64,000 bases of DNA from Candidatus Daviesbacteria bacterium (GCA_028687915.1 JAQTZF010000001.1:802634-866633); one strand, 5' to 3'. Positions 9,695 through 19,768 are shown, numbered from the stretch's first letter. The notes: generated by a model from the letters alone, not told the origin. A program made the numbers and translations.

Positions 9695-11668
9695 ATGGAA
9701 GAAAAAGGTGCTGAACCGGCTATGATATCCAGAAGGCAGTTTTTTAATCTGGTAAAAGATAAAGCCCCTGCTGTTATTACTGCTCCTTTTGTATTGGACA
9801 ATATTTTAACAAACCAAACAACAAACCCTCCAGAAATAAACTCTAAGGAAAGTGAAGATTTTTTAGAAAAATCTACCTCACAATTGTCTAACAGCATATT
9901 GTCTTTGAGCCCTGATAAAAAACAATCCAGTTCAACAACAACTCTACTTGCATCAGCAGCTTTTCTAAGTTCTAAGAAAGATAGCCAACAAGAAAAACTT
10001 ACACCAAGTGACCCTTTTTTTGGGAACACACTGGAATTACTTCTACCGGAAATTGAAGATCCTTTTTTTGGAGGCGGTCTGGAACTACTTTTACCAGACT
10101 TGGAAGAGACAAAAGGCAAAAAAGAGGGAGTGTTAAATAAATTGTGGACCAGAAGACAAACTATTGGCGCATTAGGAGCTGGACTAATAACAGCAACTGC
10201 CTTATCCAAACTCACAATTCCTACAGTATCAGAATATATGAAGAAAGTGTTTAATACGGTTGAGGCAGAAGCAGTTGAATTTGATCCAAATAAGATCTTC
10301 CCTCCAGTCCCAACCCCTATCCCAGGTAAAAAAGAATCAAAACCTATCCAAAAACCCAATCCAGAAAAACCTAAACCTTTACCAACACCAGAAAAACCAC
10401 CCAAAGAAATTGTTGGTAATAAAAATTTAGCAGAATTTTTTCTTGGTGACCTTTTAGAAAAATTTAAAACTAGAAGACAGGAGAGAGTAAAAAATCCTGA
10501 CGCAGCCGAACGAATTAATAAAGAATTACTTGGATCAGATAGTATTTTCACGGTTTATATGGGAATAGATGAAACTCGTGACAGACCAAAAGTCTTTAGT
10601 TCTGTTGGATGGGGCAGATCAGACATTGTTCTTTTAACCGCTTTTAATATTCATACTTTTCAAACAAAAGTTGTTTCTATACCAAGGGATTTATTTGCAC
10701 CAGAACTCGCAAAATACTTTCCTAAAGATCCTAAAAATCCCAATGCAGCTCCACCTAAAGTTAATTCAATGACAACCGTTGAGTATGCAAAATCAATTGG
10801 AAATATTAAAGAAAGCGTAAATGAGTATGAATTAATTAAAAAAATCATTGAATCAGCAACCGGATGCCCGATTGATATGATGGTAAAAACTAATATCGAT
10901 TTTATGCAGGGATCATGGGATAGAAAAATACCAGGAATTTTTGACAGACTCACACCAAATGGAATTGATGTATTAATACCAGAAAGTTTTACAGATAAAG
11001 AATACCCAACACCTGGGGAAGGAGATGAAACTATCTTTTTTGAAAAAGGATGGCAAACACTTAGTACAGGAAAATACCCAAAAAGAGCTGGTAATCCAGG
11101 AAAAGGAGGTTATACAAATCCTGATACAGTTTCCAGAAACATTACTGCATATGCTAGATCAAGAAAAGGGGACTCTGATTTTGCCAGGTCAGACAGACAA
11201 AGACAGATACTTTCTGCTTCACTTAAGGCAATTATGCCTGACGTTCTAAAAGATTTAACTGCTGGGTCTTCAAAGTCATTGGATACAATTGTCTCTGCCC
11301 TTGAAGGACAAAAACAGGCTGCAAATCTCTTTTTTGACGTTGATATTATCGAGATTGTTAAAACACTAAACGCAAATATTTTAAAACTAAGACAAACTGC
11401 AAACGGCACAGCTGCACTAGGTGTGTTGATTGCAAATACTGCAGGTGTTGTAAGTAAAATCTCGAAAGATGACAAAAACTCGTTTGTCTCATATGGGCCC
11501 ACTTTTACTGATGGACTAGATAAAGTAGACGAAAAAGATCCGAATTTTTGGTTTGCTGAATCAAAGCCTGCTGGTTCTTCAACTAGCTTACCGCCCACTC
11601 AACTAGGTAATTATTTATCTTATTGGGCACCCTTAAGAAATAAAGTTATGAGTATAATGAAAAACTGA
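9695..11668 (+). CDS. LCP (LytR-CpsA-Psr) family phosphotransferase with a long N-terminal extension
   Basis: MGIDETRDR, GRSDIVLL, VSIPRD, KVNS and YARSR..SDFARSDRQRQI; TM segment near aa 150-175. Confidence 0.8.
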   Translation: MEEKGAEPAMISRRQFFNLVKDKAPAVITAPFVLDNILTNQTTNPPEINSKESEDFLEKSTSQLSNSILSLSPDKKQSSSTTTLLASAAFLSSKKDSQQEKLTPSDPFFGNTLELLLPEIEDPFFGGGLELLLPDLEETKGKKEGVLNKLWTRRQTIGALGAGLITATALSKLTIPTVSEYMKKVFNTVEAEAVEFDPNKIFPPVPTPIPGKKESKPIQKPNPEKPKPLPTPEKPPKEIVGNKNLAEFFLGDLLEKFKTRRQERVKNPDAAERINKELLGSDSIFTVYMGIDETRDRPKVFSSVGWGRSDIVLLTAFNIHTFQTKVVSIPRDLFAPELAKYFPKDPKNPNAAPPKVNSMTTVEYAKSIGNIKESVNEYELIKKIIESATGCPIDMMVKTNIDFMQGSWDRKIPGIFDRLTPNGIDVLIPESFTDKEYPTPGEGDETIFFEKGWQTLSTGKYPKRAGNPGKGGYTNPDTVSRNITAYARSRKGDSDFARSDRQRQILSASLKAIMPDVLKDLTAGSSKSLDTIVSALEGQKQAANLFFDVDIIEIVKTLNANILKLRQTANGTAALGVLIANTAGVVSKISKDDKNSFVSYGPTFTDGLDKVDEKDPNFWFAESKPAGSSTSLPPTQLGNYLSYWAPLRNKVMSIMKN

Positions 11669-11682
11669 AGTATAATCTCCTC

Positions 11683-13686
11683 ATGGATTTAAGTACTAAA
11701 TTAGTTCACACATCTGGCATTGGACCATCGCTCCAGGCTAAATTAGATAAATTAAACCTTACAACAGTTGAAGATTTAGTTACTCATTATCCTTTTAGAT
11801 ATGAAGATTTTGCTAAAATCTCCAAAATTGCTGAAGCCAGGGCAGGGGAGATTGTCACATTTTCTGGTGATGTTTTGTCTATTAAAAATACTTATACAAA
11901 ATCACATAAAATTTTAACCAAAGCTATATTAAATGATGGTTCCGGATCTGTAGAAATAATTTGGTTTAACAACCGCTGGATTATCAAAAATATTAAAGTA
12001 GGGGATAAGATCCAAACTTCCGGGAAATTAGACTTTTTTGCTGGAAAATTAGGCTTAATTGCTCCTGAGTGGGAAAAAGTAGACATTAATCAAGCATTAC
12101 ACACTGGAAGATTAGTACCAGTTTATCCTGAAACATATGGTTTAACCTCAAAATGGTTAAGAGCAAAAATCCATCAATTCTTACCACAAATTACTCCTAC
12201 TATTGTGGACCCTATTCCTGTTGAAGCCACCAAAGATTTCCTACCTTTAGCCAAAGCATTAGAAAAAATACATTTTCCAGATACTTATTCTGAGATTTTA
12301 CAAGCTAAAAAAAGACTTTCCTTTGATGAACTTTTCTATATCCAGCTTTCTACTTTAAAGAAGCGGGAAGACTGGCAAAATAAACAGGTTACCAAAGCAT
12401 TTAAAATTGATAAGGAAAAATTACAGGAATTTATAGATAAATTACCTTTTAAACTAACAAAAGCACAAGATAAAGTAATTCAGGAAGTATTAAAGGATGT
12501 GAATAAAACAAGCCCTGCTAATAGATTAATCCAGGGAGAAGTAGGTTCAGGAAAAACAGTAGTAGCAGCAGTAATTATCTATTTAGCTTATCTTAATGGG
12601 CTAAAGTCGTTACTTATGGCACCAACAGAAATTCTGGCATTTCAGCATAATGCTACTTTAACAAAATTACTAGAACCTTTTGGTATTAGCGTTGGCCTTT
12701 ACACTGGTAGCAAAAAGTTTACTAATATACCAGATGTTATTGTAGGAACCCATGCTCTCTTATCAGAAAAGTTAGAGTTAAATGATATTGGTTTAATTGT
12801 GGTAGATGAACAACAAAGATTTGGTGTTGCCCAAAGAAGTTTACTTCGGGCAAGAGCAAAAAGCCCACATTTTATTACTATGACAGCCACACCAATCCCC
12901 CGAACTGTTGCCTTAACAATTTATGGAGATTTAGATTTATCTGTTATCGATGAAATGCCTGTGGGCAGGCTTGAAGTTAAAACTCACTATGTTCCTGAGA
13001 TAAAAAGAGAAGATTCATATAAGTTTATGGAAAAAGTTGTTCAAGAAGGGCAACAAATTTATATTATCACTCCATTAATTGATGAATCTGAGACATTAGT
13101 TTCTGCCAAAGCTGCTAAAGCTGAATTTGAAAAACTTCAAACTAAAATCTTCCCAAATCTTAAGTTAGGATTATTGCATGGTAAATTAAAGCCAAAAGAA
13201 AAAGAAGAAGTAATTAATGCTTTTAAGAACCATAAAATTGATATTTTAGTATCCACTTCTGTGGTGGAAGTGGGAATGGATATTCCCAACGCAACCATCA
13301 TGGTTATAGAAGGAGCAGAAAGATTTGGCTTATCCCAATTACACCAGTTAAGGGGAAGGGTGGGCAGGGGAAACCTGCAATCATATTGCTTCTTATTTGC
13401 TGAGCAGGAAATTCCTCAAGTAATAAGCAGGTTAAAGAATCTTGAACATATTCATGATGGTTTGAAGTTAGCAGAACTTGATCTGCAAATTAGAGGCTCA
13501 GGAGAAATCTTTGGAACCAGACAAAGTGGTGATTGGGACCTTAAAATTGCTTCATTATCTAATTTAGAATTAATTGAACAAGCCAGAAATGAAGCTAAAA
13601 AAATACTACAGGACGATTTAACCCTTGACAAACATCAACCACTTCTGGGAAAATTGTTAAACTTAGAAAATATAATGCCCGATTAA
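11683..13686 (+). CDS. recG: ATP-dependent DNA helicase RecG
   Basis: RLIQGEVGSGKT, DEQQRFGV, MTATPIPRT, LHQLRGRVGRG and an N-terminal wedge/OB region. Confidence 0.95.
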   Translation: MDLSTKLVHTSGIGPSLQAKLDKLNLTTVEDLVTHYPFRYEDFAKISKIAEARAGEIVTFSGDVLSIKNTYTKSHKILTKAILNDGSGSVEIIWFNNRWIIKNIKVGDKIQTSGKLDFFAGKLGLIAPEWEKVDINQALHTGRLVPVYPETYGLTSKWLRAKIHQFLPQITPTIVDPIPVEATKDFLPLAKALEKIHFPDTYSEILQAKKRLSFDELFYIQLSTLKKREDWQNKQVTKAFKIDKEKLQEFIDKLPFKLTKAQDKVIQEVLKDVNKTSPANRLIQGEVGSGKTVVAAVIIYLAYLNGLKSLLMAPTEILAFQHNATLTKLLEPFGISVGLYTGSKKFTNIPDVIVGTHALLSEKLELNDIGLIVVDEQQRFGVAQRSLLRARAKSPHFITMTATPIPRTVALTIYGDLDLSVIDEMPVGRLEVKTHYVPEIKREDSYKFMEKVVQEGQQIYIITPLIDESETLVSAKAAKAEFEKLQTKIFPNLKLGLLHGKLKPKEKEEVINAFKNHKIDILVSTSVVEVGMDIPNATIMVIEGAERFGLSQLHQLRGRVGRGNLQSYCFLFAEQEIPQVISRLKNLEHIHDGLKLAELDLQIRGSGEIFGTRQSGDWDLKIASLSNLELIEQARNEAKKILQDDLTLDKHQPLLGKLLNLENIMPD

Positions 13687-13694
13687 GGAAAAAT

Positions 13695-13898
13695 ATGGCT
13701 GCAGAACCAAAAAGAAGACATAGTAAAGCAAGAAAAAGAACCAGAAGAGCCTCCATTAAGTTGGAGCCTAATCAATTGATTAAATGCACAAGTTGTGGAG
13801 AATTAAAGTTATCTCATATCGTTTGTGCTGCTTGTGGTATGTACAACGATAAACAGGTTATTACAAAGACAAAGGCCAAGATAACCCGAGCAGAGTGA
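13695..13898 (+). CDS. rpmF: 50S ribosomal protein L32
   Basis: MAAEPKRRHSKARKRTRR and a CxxC..HxxCxxCG zinc ribbon. Confidence 0.95.
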   Translation: MAAEPKRRHSKARKRTRRASIKLEPNQLIKCTSCGELKLSHIVCAACGMYNDKQVITKTKAKITRAE

Positions 13899-14269
13899 AG
13901 ACTTCTAACGACCCTAGACATCTAAAACGAGAGGCTATAGTCAAGGAATTATTTACATGGGCGTTTACAGATACTTATAAACTGCAAACAAAAGAGGCGG
14001 CTTTGATAGTTGATAATTTAACTAAAATTGACAAGGAGATTGAAGGTGGAGCACCAAGTTGGCCTCTAAACCAGATTAATCGCATTGATTTAGCTATCTT
14101 GCGTTTAGCAGTTTTTGAGTTAATAATGGTTAAAGATACCCCTTTTAAAGTGGTAGTAGATGAGGCCGTAGAAATGGCCAAAAAATATGGGGCAGATACC
14201 AGTTCTTCGTTTATTAATGGAGTTTTGGGAAACATAATAACTGCACATAAATTAAATATTAAAAAATAA
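13895..14269 (+). CDS. nusB: Transcription antitermination factor NusB
   Basis: IDLAILRLAVFEL, VVVDEAVEMAKKYG and FINGVLG. Confidence 0.93.
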   Translation: MKTSNDPRHLKREAIVKELFTWAFTDTYKLQTKEAALIVDNLTKIDKEIEGGAPSWPLNQINRIDLAILRLAVFELIMVKDTPFKVVVDEAVEMAKKYGADTSSSFINGVLGNIITAHKLNIKK

Positions 14270-14271
14270 AA

Positions 14272-14508
14272 ATGTTAGACCAAAAGAAAATTACAGAAGC
14301 AATAGCAGATAATCTGGGTTTACCACCTGCGGATATTGACGCGGAATCACATCTCCAGGATGATTTAGGATTAAATGCAGTGGAAATAGCAGATCTTTTG
14401 GGAGATTTAGCAGATAAATTCCAAATTGCTTTTCATCCATCTGAACCTGCTCAGGTAAAAACAGTAGGGGATTTAATTGAACTTGTTGAAGATAAGTTAC
14501 TAGAGTAA
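14272..14508 (+). CDS. Acyl carrier protein-like protein lacking the phosphopantetheine serine
   Basis: ACP pattern (DDLGL..E, KTVGDLI) and position before rnc, but the DSL motif reads NAV. Confidence 0.75.
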   Translation: MLDQKKITEAIADNLGLPPADIDAESHLQDDLGLNAVEIADLLGDLADKFQIAFHPSEPAQVKTVGDLIELVEDKLLE

Positions 14509-14514
14509 TTCTCC

Positions 14515-15207
14515 ATGGACAGCGAACTTTTAAATATCCTAACAAAAAACGGGATTAAACCTAAAGACATTGCCTTTTATAAAACAGCTTTTACTCATAG
14601 GTCATATCTTAATGAATCTAAAAGTGCCATGGAATCAAATGAAAGAATGGAATTTTTAGGTGATTCTGTATTGTCTTTTATTACCTCCTCATACCTTTTT
14701 AATAAAAGACTTAAAGATACTGAGGGTGATTTAACAAACCTCAGGGCTTTTATTGTTAAAACAGATTCCCTTGCTAAAGCCTCCAGTAAACTCGGACTGG
14801 GTGAGCTATTAAATCTTTCCAAAGGAGAAGAGATATCTGGTGGCAGAAACAACCCTCAACTTTTAGCTAATACCTTTGAAGCTCTTTTAGGAGCAGTCTA
14901 TCTTGATTTAGGCATTGAAGAAGCCACCAAATTTGTGGAGAGCACTCTATTACCAATATTTAAAGAAGAGATGGAAAAAGGGGCTCCTAAGGACTCTAAA
15001 AGCCTATTACAGGAACAAATACAAGCAAGAATGCAGACTTCACCTAAATATAAAATATTGGGCACTACAGGCCCAGATCATGCTAAGAAATTTACTGTAG
15101 GGGTTTTTATCAATAATACTTTATCAGGACAGGGAACAGGATCCAATAAACAACAGGCAGAAGAAGCTGCAGCCGAACAGGCACTAATTAGCCTTGAGAA
15201 GCATTAA
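14515..15207 (+). CDS. rnc: Ribonuclease III
   Basis: AFTHRSY, NERMEFLGDSVL and a C-terminal dsRBD (GPDHAKKF, KQQAEEAAA). Confidence 0.95.
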   Translation: MDSELLNILTKNGIKPKDIAFYKTAFTHRSYLNESKSAMESNERMEFLGDSVLSFITSSYLFNKRLKDTEGDLTNLRAFIVKTDSLAKASSKLGLGELLNLSKGEEISGGRNNPQLLANTFEALLGAVYLDLGIEEATKFVESTLLPIFKEEMEKGAPKDSKSLLQEQIQARMQTSPKYKILGTTGPDHAKKFTVGVFINNTLSGQGTGSNKQQAEEAAAEQALISLEKH

Positions 15208-15255
15208 AGTACTCCCAAAATTGCTTATTTAAATATCTTATAGTAAAATACTGCA

Positions 15256-16047
15256 ATGACTTACGATCTTGAGCCACGCAGCTTCGTTTACAATAGAACT
15301 GGAAATCTTTCTAAATCAACAACTTTAAACACAACAATTGCTGAAAAGTTTATGAAGGAAGCAGATATCCGACGCGATATAATTATTCTTGATTCAGGCA
15401 AGGAACCTGAACGCCAGTCTGTTTCTGTTGGAGATGATATTTTAGCCTGGAGAACTATTGCCCCTATAACCGAGCTTACTAAAAAAATCCTCAAGCCTAA
15501 AAAATACCATCAAGTTGAGCTTGTTGATGACCAATACCGAGTTTTAATACACGACAAAATAATCGATGCAGACATCAACGAAAAAGGTTATGAGAGTAGA
15601 GAAGATTATGAGTATAAATTTCTTTCAAAAATAAAGGGAGAGGTCAGAGATTCTGTCAAGGAAATCCTTTTCAGCGAAAAATTGGGCTTCCACGAACATA
15701 TGTTCTTTTATTTCTTTTATGGTTTGGAGGCAGCTAATATTATCAGTACTCTTACTTCCCAAAATTTTACCGGTGCTGCTATAAACGCAGGAATTACTTT
15801 TTTTATAGTACCCGCTCTAAACAATTTACATGCTATCACTTCTTATAGAAGGTCGCAGCATTGGGATGAATTAGGAAAACATTTATTCAAAGACTATAAA
15901 GGGGTGCCATTAAATCCTATCTTAAACCCAAGACCATGGAACAAAGCTTTTTATCCTTTAATACCAGTAGATAAATGGATAAAAGGTAATAAAGTTCTTC
16001 ATGATCATGGTAGTGATTTAATCATTATCAGAAACGAAAAAGAATAA
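15256..16047 (+). CDS. Hypothetical membrane protein
   Basis: 263-aa ORF with two hydrophobic segments; TTGCTT-17-TAAAAT promoter ending 6 nt before the ATG. Confidence 0.6.
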   Translation: MTYDLEPRSFVYNRTGNLSKSTTLNTTIAEKFMKEADIRRDIIILDSGKEPERQSVSVGDDILAWRTIAPITELTKKILKPKKYHQVELVDDQYRVLIHDKIIDADINEKGYESREDYEYKFLSKIKGEVRDSVKEILFSEKLGFHEHMFFYFFYGLEAANIISTLTSQNFTGAAINAGITFFIVPALNNLHAITSYRRSQHWDELGKHLFKDYKGVPLNPILNPRPWNKAFYPLIPVDKWIKGNKVLHDHGSDLIIIRNEKE

Positions 16048-16080
16048 TCTTTGTTTCTTATAAAATCCAGCACAATTAGA

Positions 16081-16109
16081 TTGACGAAGAAGCTAGGTTA
16101 GGTTATACT
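16081..16109 (+). promoter_or_regulatory. Sigma70 promoter of rpsP (probably leaderless)
   Basis: TTGACG-17 nt-TATACT, with the ATG 7 nt downstream and no SD. Confidence 0.7.
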
Positions 16110-16116
16110 ATCCCAC

Positions 16117-16566
16117 ATGCCAGTAAAGATTAGATTAATGCGAATAGGTGCCAAGAAACGTCCATTCTATAGGATTGTGGCAATTGATGAGCGAAAAAAG
16201 AGATCAGGAGAATACCTGGAACTTTTGGGAACCTATAATCCTTTAACAAATCCTAAAGAAATTATCTTAAAACAAGATAAAATTGATGAGTGGATTAAAA
16301 AAGGTGCAGTGTTATCTGATGGATATTTAAGAATTACCAAACAAGCACCACAAAAGCAACCAAGAGCTCCTAAAAAAGAAAAGAAAGAAGAACCAGCAAA
16401 AGTAGAAGAAGCTAAAGAAGAAACAAAAGAAGAGGCACCAGAAGCTGAGACCACAGCAGAAGAAGTTACAACAGAAACTCCAGTTGAATCAGAAACAGTT
16501 GAAACTACAGAAATAACCGAAGAAGCTCCTGTAGAAGAAACAAAAACAGAAGAAGAGACAAAATAA
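16117..16566 (+). CDS. rpsP: 30S ribosomal protein S16 with an acidic C-terminal tail
   Basis: VKIRLMRIGAKKRPFYRIV..LGTYNP followed by a Glu/Thr-rich extension. Confidence 0.95.
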   Translation: MPVKIRLMRIGAKKRPFYRIVAIDERKKRSGEYLELLGTYNPLTNPKEIILKQDKIDEWIKKGAVLSDGYLRITKQAPQKQPRAPKKEKKEEPAKVEEAKEETKEEAPEAETTAEEVTTETPVESETVETTEITEEAPVEETKTEEETK

Positions 16567-16805
16567 TGGAAGAACTAGTCTTATATATTGTTAAAAGCCT
16601 GGTATCAAAACCTGACGATGTAAAACTTGATACCAAAAACGAAGATGGAATGGTATCTATCCAACTAACTGTTTCCCCTGATGATATGGGAGTTGTAATC
16701 GGAAAAAACGGACAAACTATAAGATCTATCAGAAAGTTACTTGTTGCCCGGGTTATGGCTGAAAACAATAATTTAAGAGTAAATCTGACATTGCAGGAAA
16801 ATTAA
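16566..16805 (+). CDS. khpA: KH-domain RNA-binding protein
   Basis: DMGVVIGKNGQTIRSIR; standard position after rpsP. Confidence 0.88.
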   Translation: MEELVLYIVKSLVSKPDDVKLDTKNEDGMVSIQLTVSPDDMGVVIGKNGQTIRSIRKLLVARVMAENNNLRVNLTLQEN

Positions 16806-16813
16806 GCACACCA

Positions 16814-17506
16814 GTGAAAATTTCCATTATCACCCTGTTCCCAAATCAAATCCAAGTCACAATAGACACATCCATGTTAGGCCGAGCTCAAAAAAAGGGT
16901 TTAGTTAATTTTGAGATTATTGATTTGAGAGAGTTTGGAGAAGGAGTACATCAAATTGTTGATGGTAGACCCTATGGTGGAGGACCAGGAATGTTATTTA
17001 GAGCAGATATTCTAGCAAAAGCATGGAAAGAAGCCGCCAGCCGTCAGCCATTAGATACAAAACAAAAACCTTATACTATATTAACATCAGCTTCCGGAAC
17101 ACCCTTTAAACAACCAAAGGCACAAGAGCTATCAAAACTAGAACATTTAATTATTATTTGTGGTCATTATGAGGGTGTTGATCAAAGATTTATTGATAAG
17201 TATATTATGGAGGAAATCTCTATTGGTGATTATGTTTTAACAGGAGGAGAATTACCAGCTCTTGTAATTACAGATGCAGTAACACGCCTAATCCCTGGTG
17301 TCCTTAAATCAGAGGAAGCAAGTATTGATGAAAGTTTTACAGAAAATCTGCTTGAACATCCACAATATACAAGGCCAGAAGTTTTTGAAGAAATGAGGGT
17401 ACCTGAAATCTTATTATCAGGTCATCATGGTCAAATTAAAACCTGGAAAAAAGAAAAATCAATAGAAAAAACCACTAAAATCAGACCTGATATCTTAAAT
17501 AAATAA
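16814..17506 (+). CDS. trmD: tRNA (guanine37-N1)-methyltransferase
   Basis: PYGGGPGM, CGHYEGVDQR, SIGDYVLTGGE and HPQYTRP. Confidence 0.96.
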   Translation: MKISIITLFPNQIQVTIDTSMLGRAQKKGLVNFEIIDLREFGEGVHQIVDGRPYGGGPGMLFRADILAKAWKEAASRQPLDTKQKPYTILTSASGTPFKQPKAQELSKLEHLIIICGHYEGVDQRFIDKYIMEEISIGDYVLTGGELPALVITDAVTRLIPGVLKSEEASIDESFTENLLEHPQYTRPEVFEEMRVPEILLSGHHGQIKTWKKEKSIEKTTKIRPDILNK

Positions 17507-18190
17507 TTACTGGAAAAGATCAACCTTACCCAATGGAGTGGATGAAGCACTTGATTCTGCCACAGACTGAATTTTATATTTAGACAAACTTTGAATTAAT
17601 GTATTCTCCTTTTCAGTAATCTCCGCAATTGGCTGATCCATTGTTAAAACAGTTGAAGGAGCTGCCTGATAATAAACACTTAAAGGAATATCTGCTACAA
17701 GTGATCCCTCTCCACTTTGAAACTTTAATGCGATTGATTCAACCTTAAACAACCGCGCAGCATCCTGCAGGCTATTTAAAAAATTCCTGGTGGCTGGCAG
17801 GGAACCTGCTACGGAAATAGCAAAGGAAAAATTTTCCTGGTTAGCAGTTTTGGCACTTGATGAATAAGAAGTACTTTTTAAAGTTAAATTTGATTTAGCA
17901 ACTAATTCCTGTAAAACTGCCATGGCCTGAGGGACATCACGTCCGGTTGGCAAAACAGTTAAGGCTGTAACTAAATCCTGTTCTAGTTTAGTTTGATCAA
18001 GGCTTTCTAACTCTGATGATTTTTTATTTAATAATTCAATTCTATTTAAAACTAAATCAGCTTTTTCTTTATCTTTAAAGAAATCCATCATTTGCGGAAT
18101 AATAACAAATATTATTATGGCTAAACAAATAAAACCTACTACAGAGGGGATAATATATATTCGATATTTAAGATAAAATTCTTTTACCAT
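17507..18190 (-). CDS. Type IV pilus alignment protein, PilO-like
   Basis: N-terminal TM, coiled coil, ALP and RLFKVE; follows pilM-pilN. Confidence 0.7.
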   Translation of the reverse strand: MVKEFYLKYRIYIIPSVVGFICLAIIIFVIIPQMMDFFKDKEKADLVLNRIELLNKKSSELESLDQTKLEQDLVTALTVLPTGRDVPQAMAVLQELVAKSNLTLKSTSYSSSAKTANQENFSFAISVAGSLPATRNFLNSLQDAARLFKVESIALKFQSGEGSLVADIPLSVYYQAAPSTVLTMDQPIAEITEKENTLIQSLSKYKIQSVAESSASSTPLGKVDLFQ

Positions 18191-18191
18191 T

Positions 18192-18740
18192 TTATTTTAC
18201 TGCAGCAATCCTCAACGAAAAACGATAGGTTGATTCTTTCCCCAAAGATATACCGGCTAAATCAACTTTAGATACCAAATTCATATTTGTTTCTTTATTG
18301 GAAAGGCCTAAAAAAAGCTTATCAATACCTGCAAGCGACTTACTGTTAAAGGAAGCCGTAATAGATCCATTCTTATCAACAGACACATCTGTTAAGGTTA
18401 CCTCCGGAGGTGTTAAATATACGATCAAATTAAACATCGTTTTGACCTTTTCATCAGTTCCAAGTTTTGATGAAATTGCATCTAATCTATTTTTCAGAGC
18501 ATATACTGCAACCTCTTTATTTCTAAATGATAAAACTTTATCTTCTGCAACCTTAACCTCATCCATCATCTTGCTACTTTCACGATTTTGGTTGATTCGA
18601 AGAAGCAATACACCCACGGTTAAAATAATCACCAAAACCAATACACCAATACTTAATTTATTAACCAAACTAAGCTTGCTGCTTTGAATTCTTTCTAATA
18701 ATACTGTTTGTGGTAATAAGTTAATAGAAATCTTATTCAT
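18192..18740 (-). CDS. Type IV pilus alignment protein, PilN-like
   Basis: INLLP PilM-binding motif, TM and coiled coil. Confidence 0.75.
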   Translation of the reverse strand: MNKISINLLPQTVLLERIQSSKLSLVNKLSIGVLVLVIILTVGVLLLRINQNRESSKMMDEVKVAEDKVLSFRNKEVAVYALKNRLDAISSKLGTDEKVKTMFNLIVYLTPPEVTLTDVSVDKNGSITASFNSKSLAGIDKLFLGLSNKETNMNLVSKVDLAGISLGKESTYRFSLRIAAVK

Positions 18741-19768
18741 CACTCTTCCCTTAGGGCTAAGCCTACAGCAATGGTATACTGGGCAGAATCAACAAGTTTT
18801 GAAGCAAGGGCTTTATCTTTACCAATAAAATACCAGGGATCAGCCTCCTGAATTTCCAATCCTAAGGTATTAGCAAAATATATTACCAAACCAGGTAATT
18901 TTGCTCCTCCTCCGGATAAAACAATTCTCTTAATCGGATTTTGAACATTTTTTGATTGGAATGCCTGAATCACTCTTTGCGCTTCAGATAAAATCATATC
19001 AATTAAAGGCTTCAGTACCTCATAAATCTTACCACCCAACTGATCTTCCAGTAATCCATAAACCTTTTTATATTCTTCTGCCTGAACTGGCTCAAAGTTT
19101 AAATATTGGGAAATTGCTCTGGTTAAAGCCATTCCACCTGTTCCAATAGATCTGGTCAATAAAATTAAACCTTTTGAAACAACAGCAAAGTCTGTGGAGT
19201 GAGATCCTAGCTGAACAATTAAAGTGGTTGGGGCATAAGGATTATTGCCTACCAAAGCCCTTGTGGCAGCAATTAATTCTGTTTCCAGGGCTTGAGGCTT
19301 TAATTTAACATAATCTAATACCTGTAAATATTTATTTACAGTATTTTTGGGAGATGCTACCACAAACACCGAGGTATTATTTTGAGGTTTAGACCGATTA
19401 ATAACCTGCCAATACAGGTTAACCTGATCAGCCGGCAGAGGAACAAATTCCTCAGCAGAGTAGTGAATAGAAGAAGATAATTCTTCATCAGATAAAAAGG
19501 GCAGGTCATTAATAACTCTGGTAAAAATTTTTGATTCAGGAAGGGCTAAAACTACTGGTAAATCTGGTGCTTTAATAGAGGTTAATAAGGTTTTAATTGC
19601 CTTAGCTTCTCCCTCTAAATCAAATGGATTTTCAGAACTTATTCCAGGCTGAGGCGCGGCAATAGACCCAAAAGACACTAAAGAAGCAGGCTTTGTTTTG
19701 TGGGACAAAACAACCGCTTTTATCGAAAAACTTCCAATATCTAATCCAATAGAATAATCTTGAGCCAT
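18740..19768 (-). CDS. pilM: Type IV pilus assembly protein PilM
   Basis: IGLDIGSFSIKAV, VLSGGGAKLPGL and AVGLALR (actin-like fold). Confidence 0.92.
   Translation of the reverse strand: MAQDYSIGLDIGSFSIKAVVLSHKTKPASLVSFGSIAAPQPGISSENPFDLEGEAKAIKTLLTSIKAPDLPVVLALPESKIFTRVINDLPFLSDEELSSSIHYSAEEFVPLPADQVNLYWQVINRSKPQNNTSVFVVASPKNTVNKYLQVLDYVKLKPQALETELIAATRALVGNNPYAPTTLIVQLGSHSTDFAVVSKGLILLTRSIGTGGMALTRAISQYLNFEPVQAEEYKKVYGLLEDQLGGKIYEVLKPLIDMILSEAQRVIQAFQSKNVQNPIKRIVLSGGGAKLPGLVIYFANTLGLEIQEADPWYFIGKDKALASKLVDSAQYTIAVGLALREE

Noticed and set aside
9620-9745. RRQFF present both at the end of the giant protein and at the start of the LCP protein
   Set aside because: Codons differ and the match is only five residues; probably coincidence.
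9661-10551. 296-aa antisense ORF and the many other shadow ORFs in the track
   Set aside because: They lie opposite or within well-supported genes and have no motifs; typical antisense artefacts.
14860-14885. RNase III Asp-to-Asn change (LLANTFEA)
   Set aside because: The other catalytic residues are intact; a single substitution is not enough to claim altered function.
16370-16566. Glu/Thr-rich repeats in the S16 tail
   Set aside because: Low-complexity acidic extensions on S16 are common.
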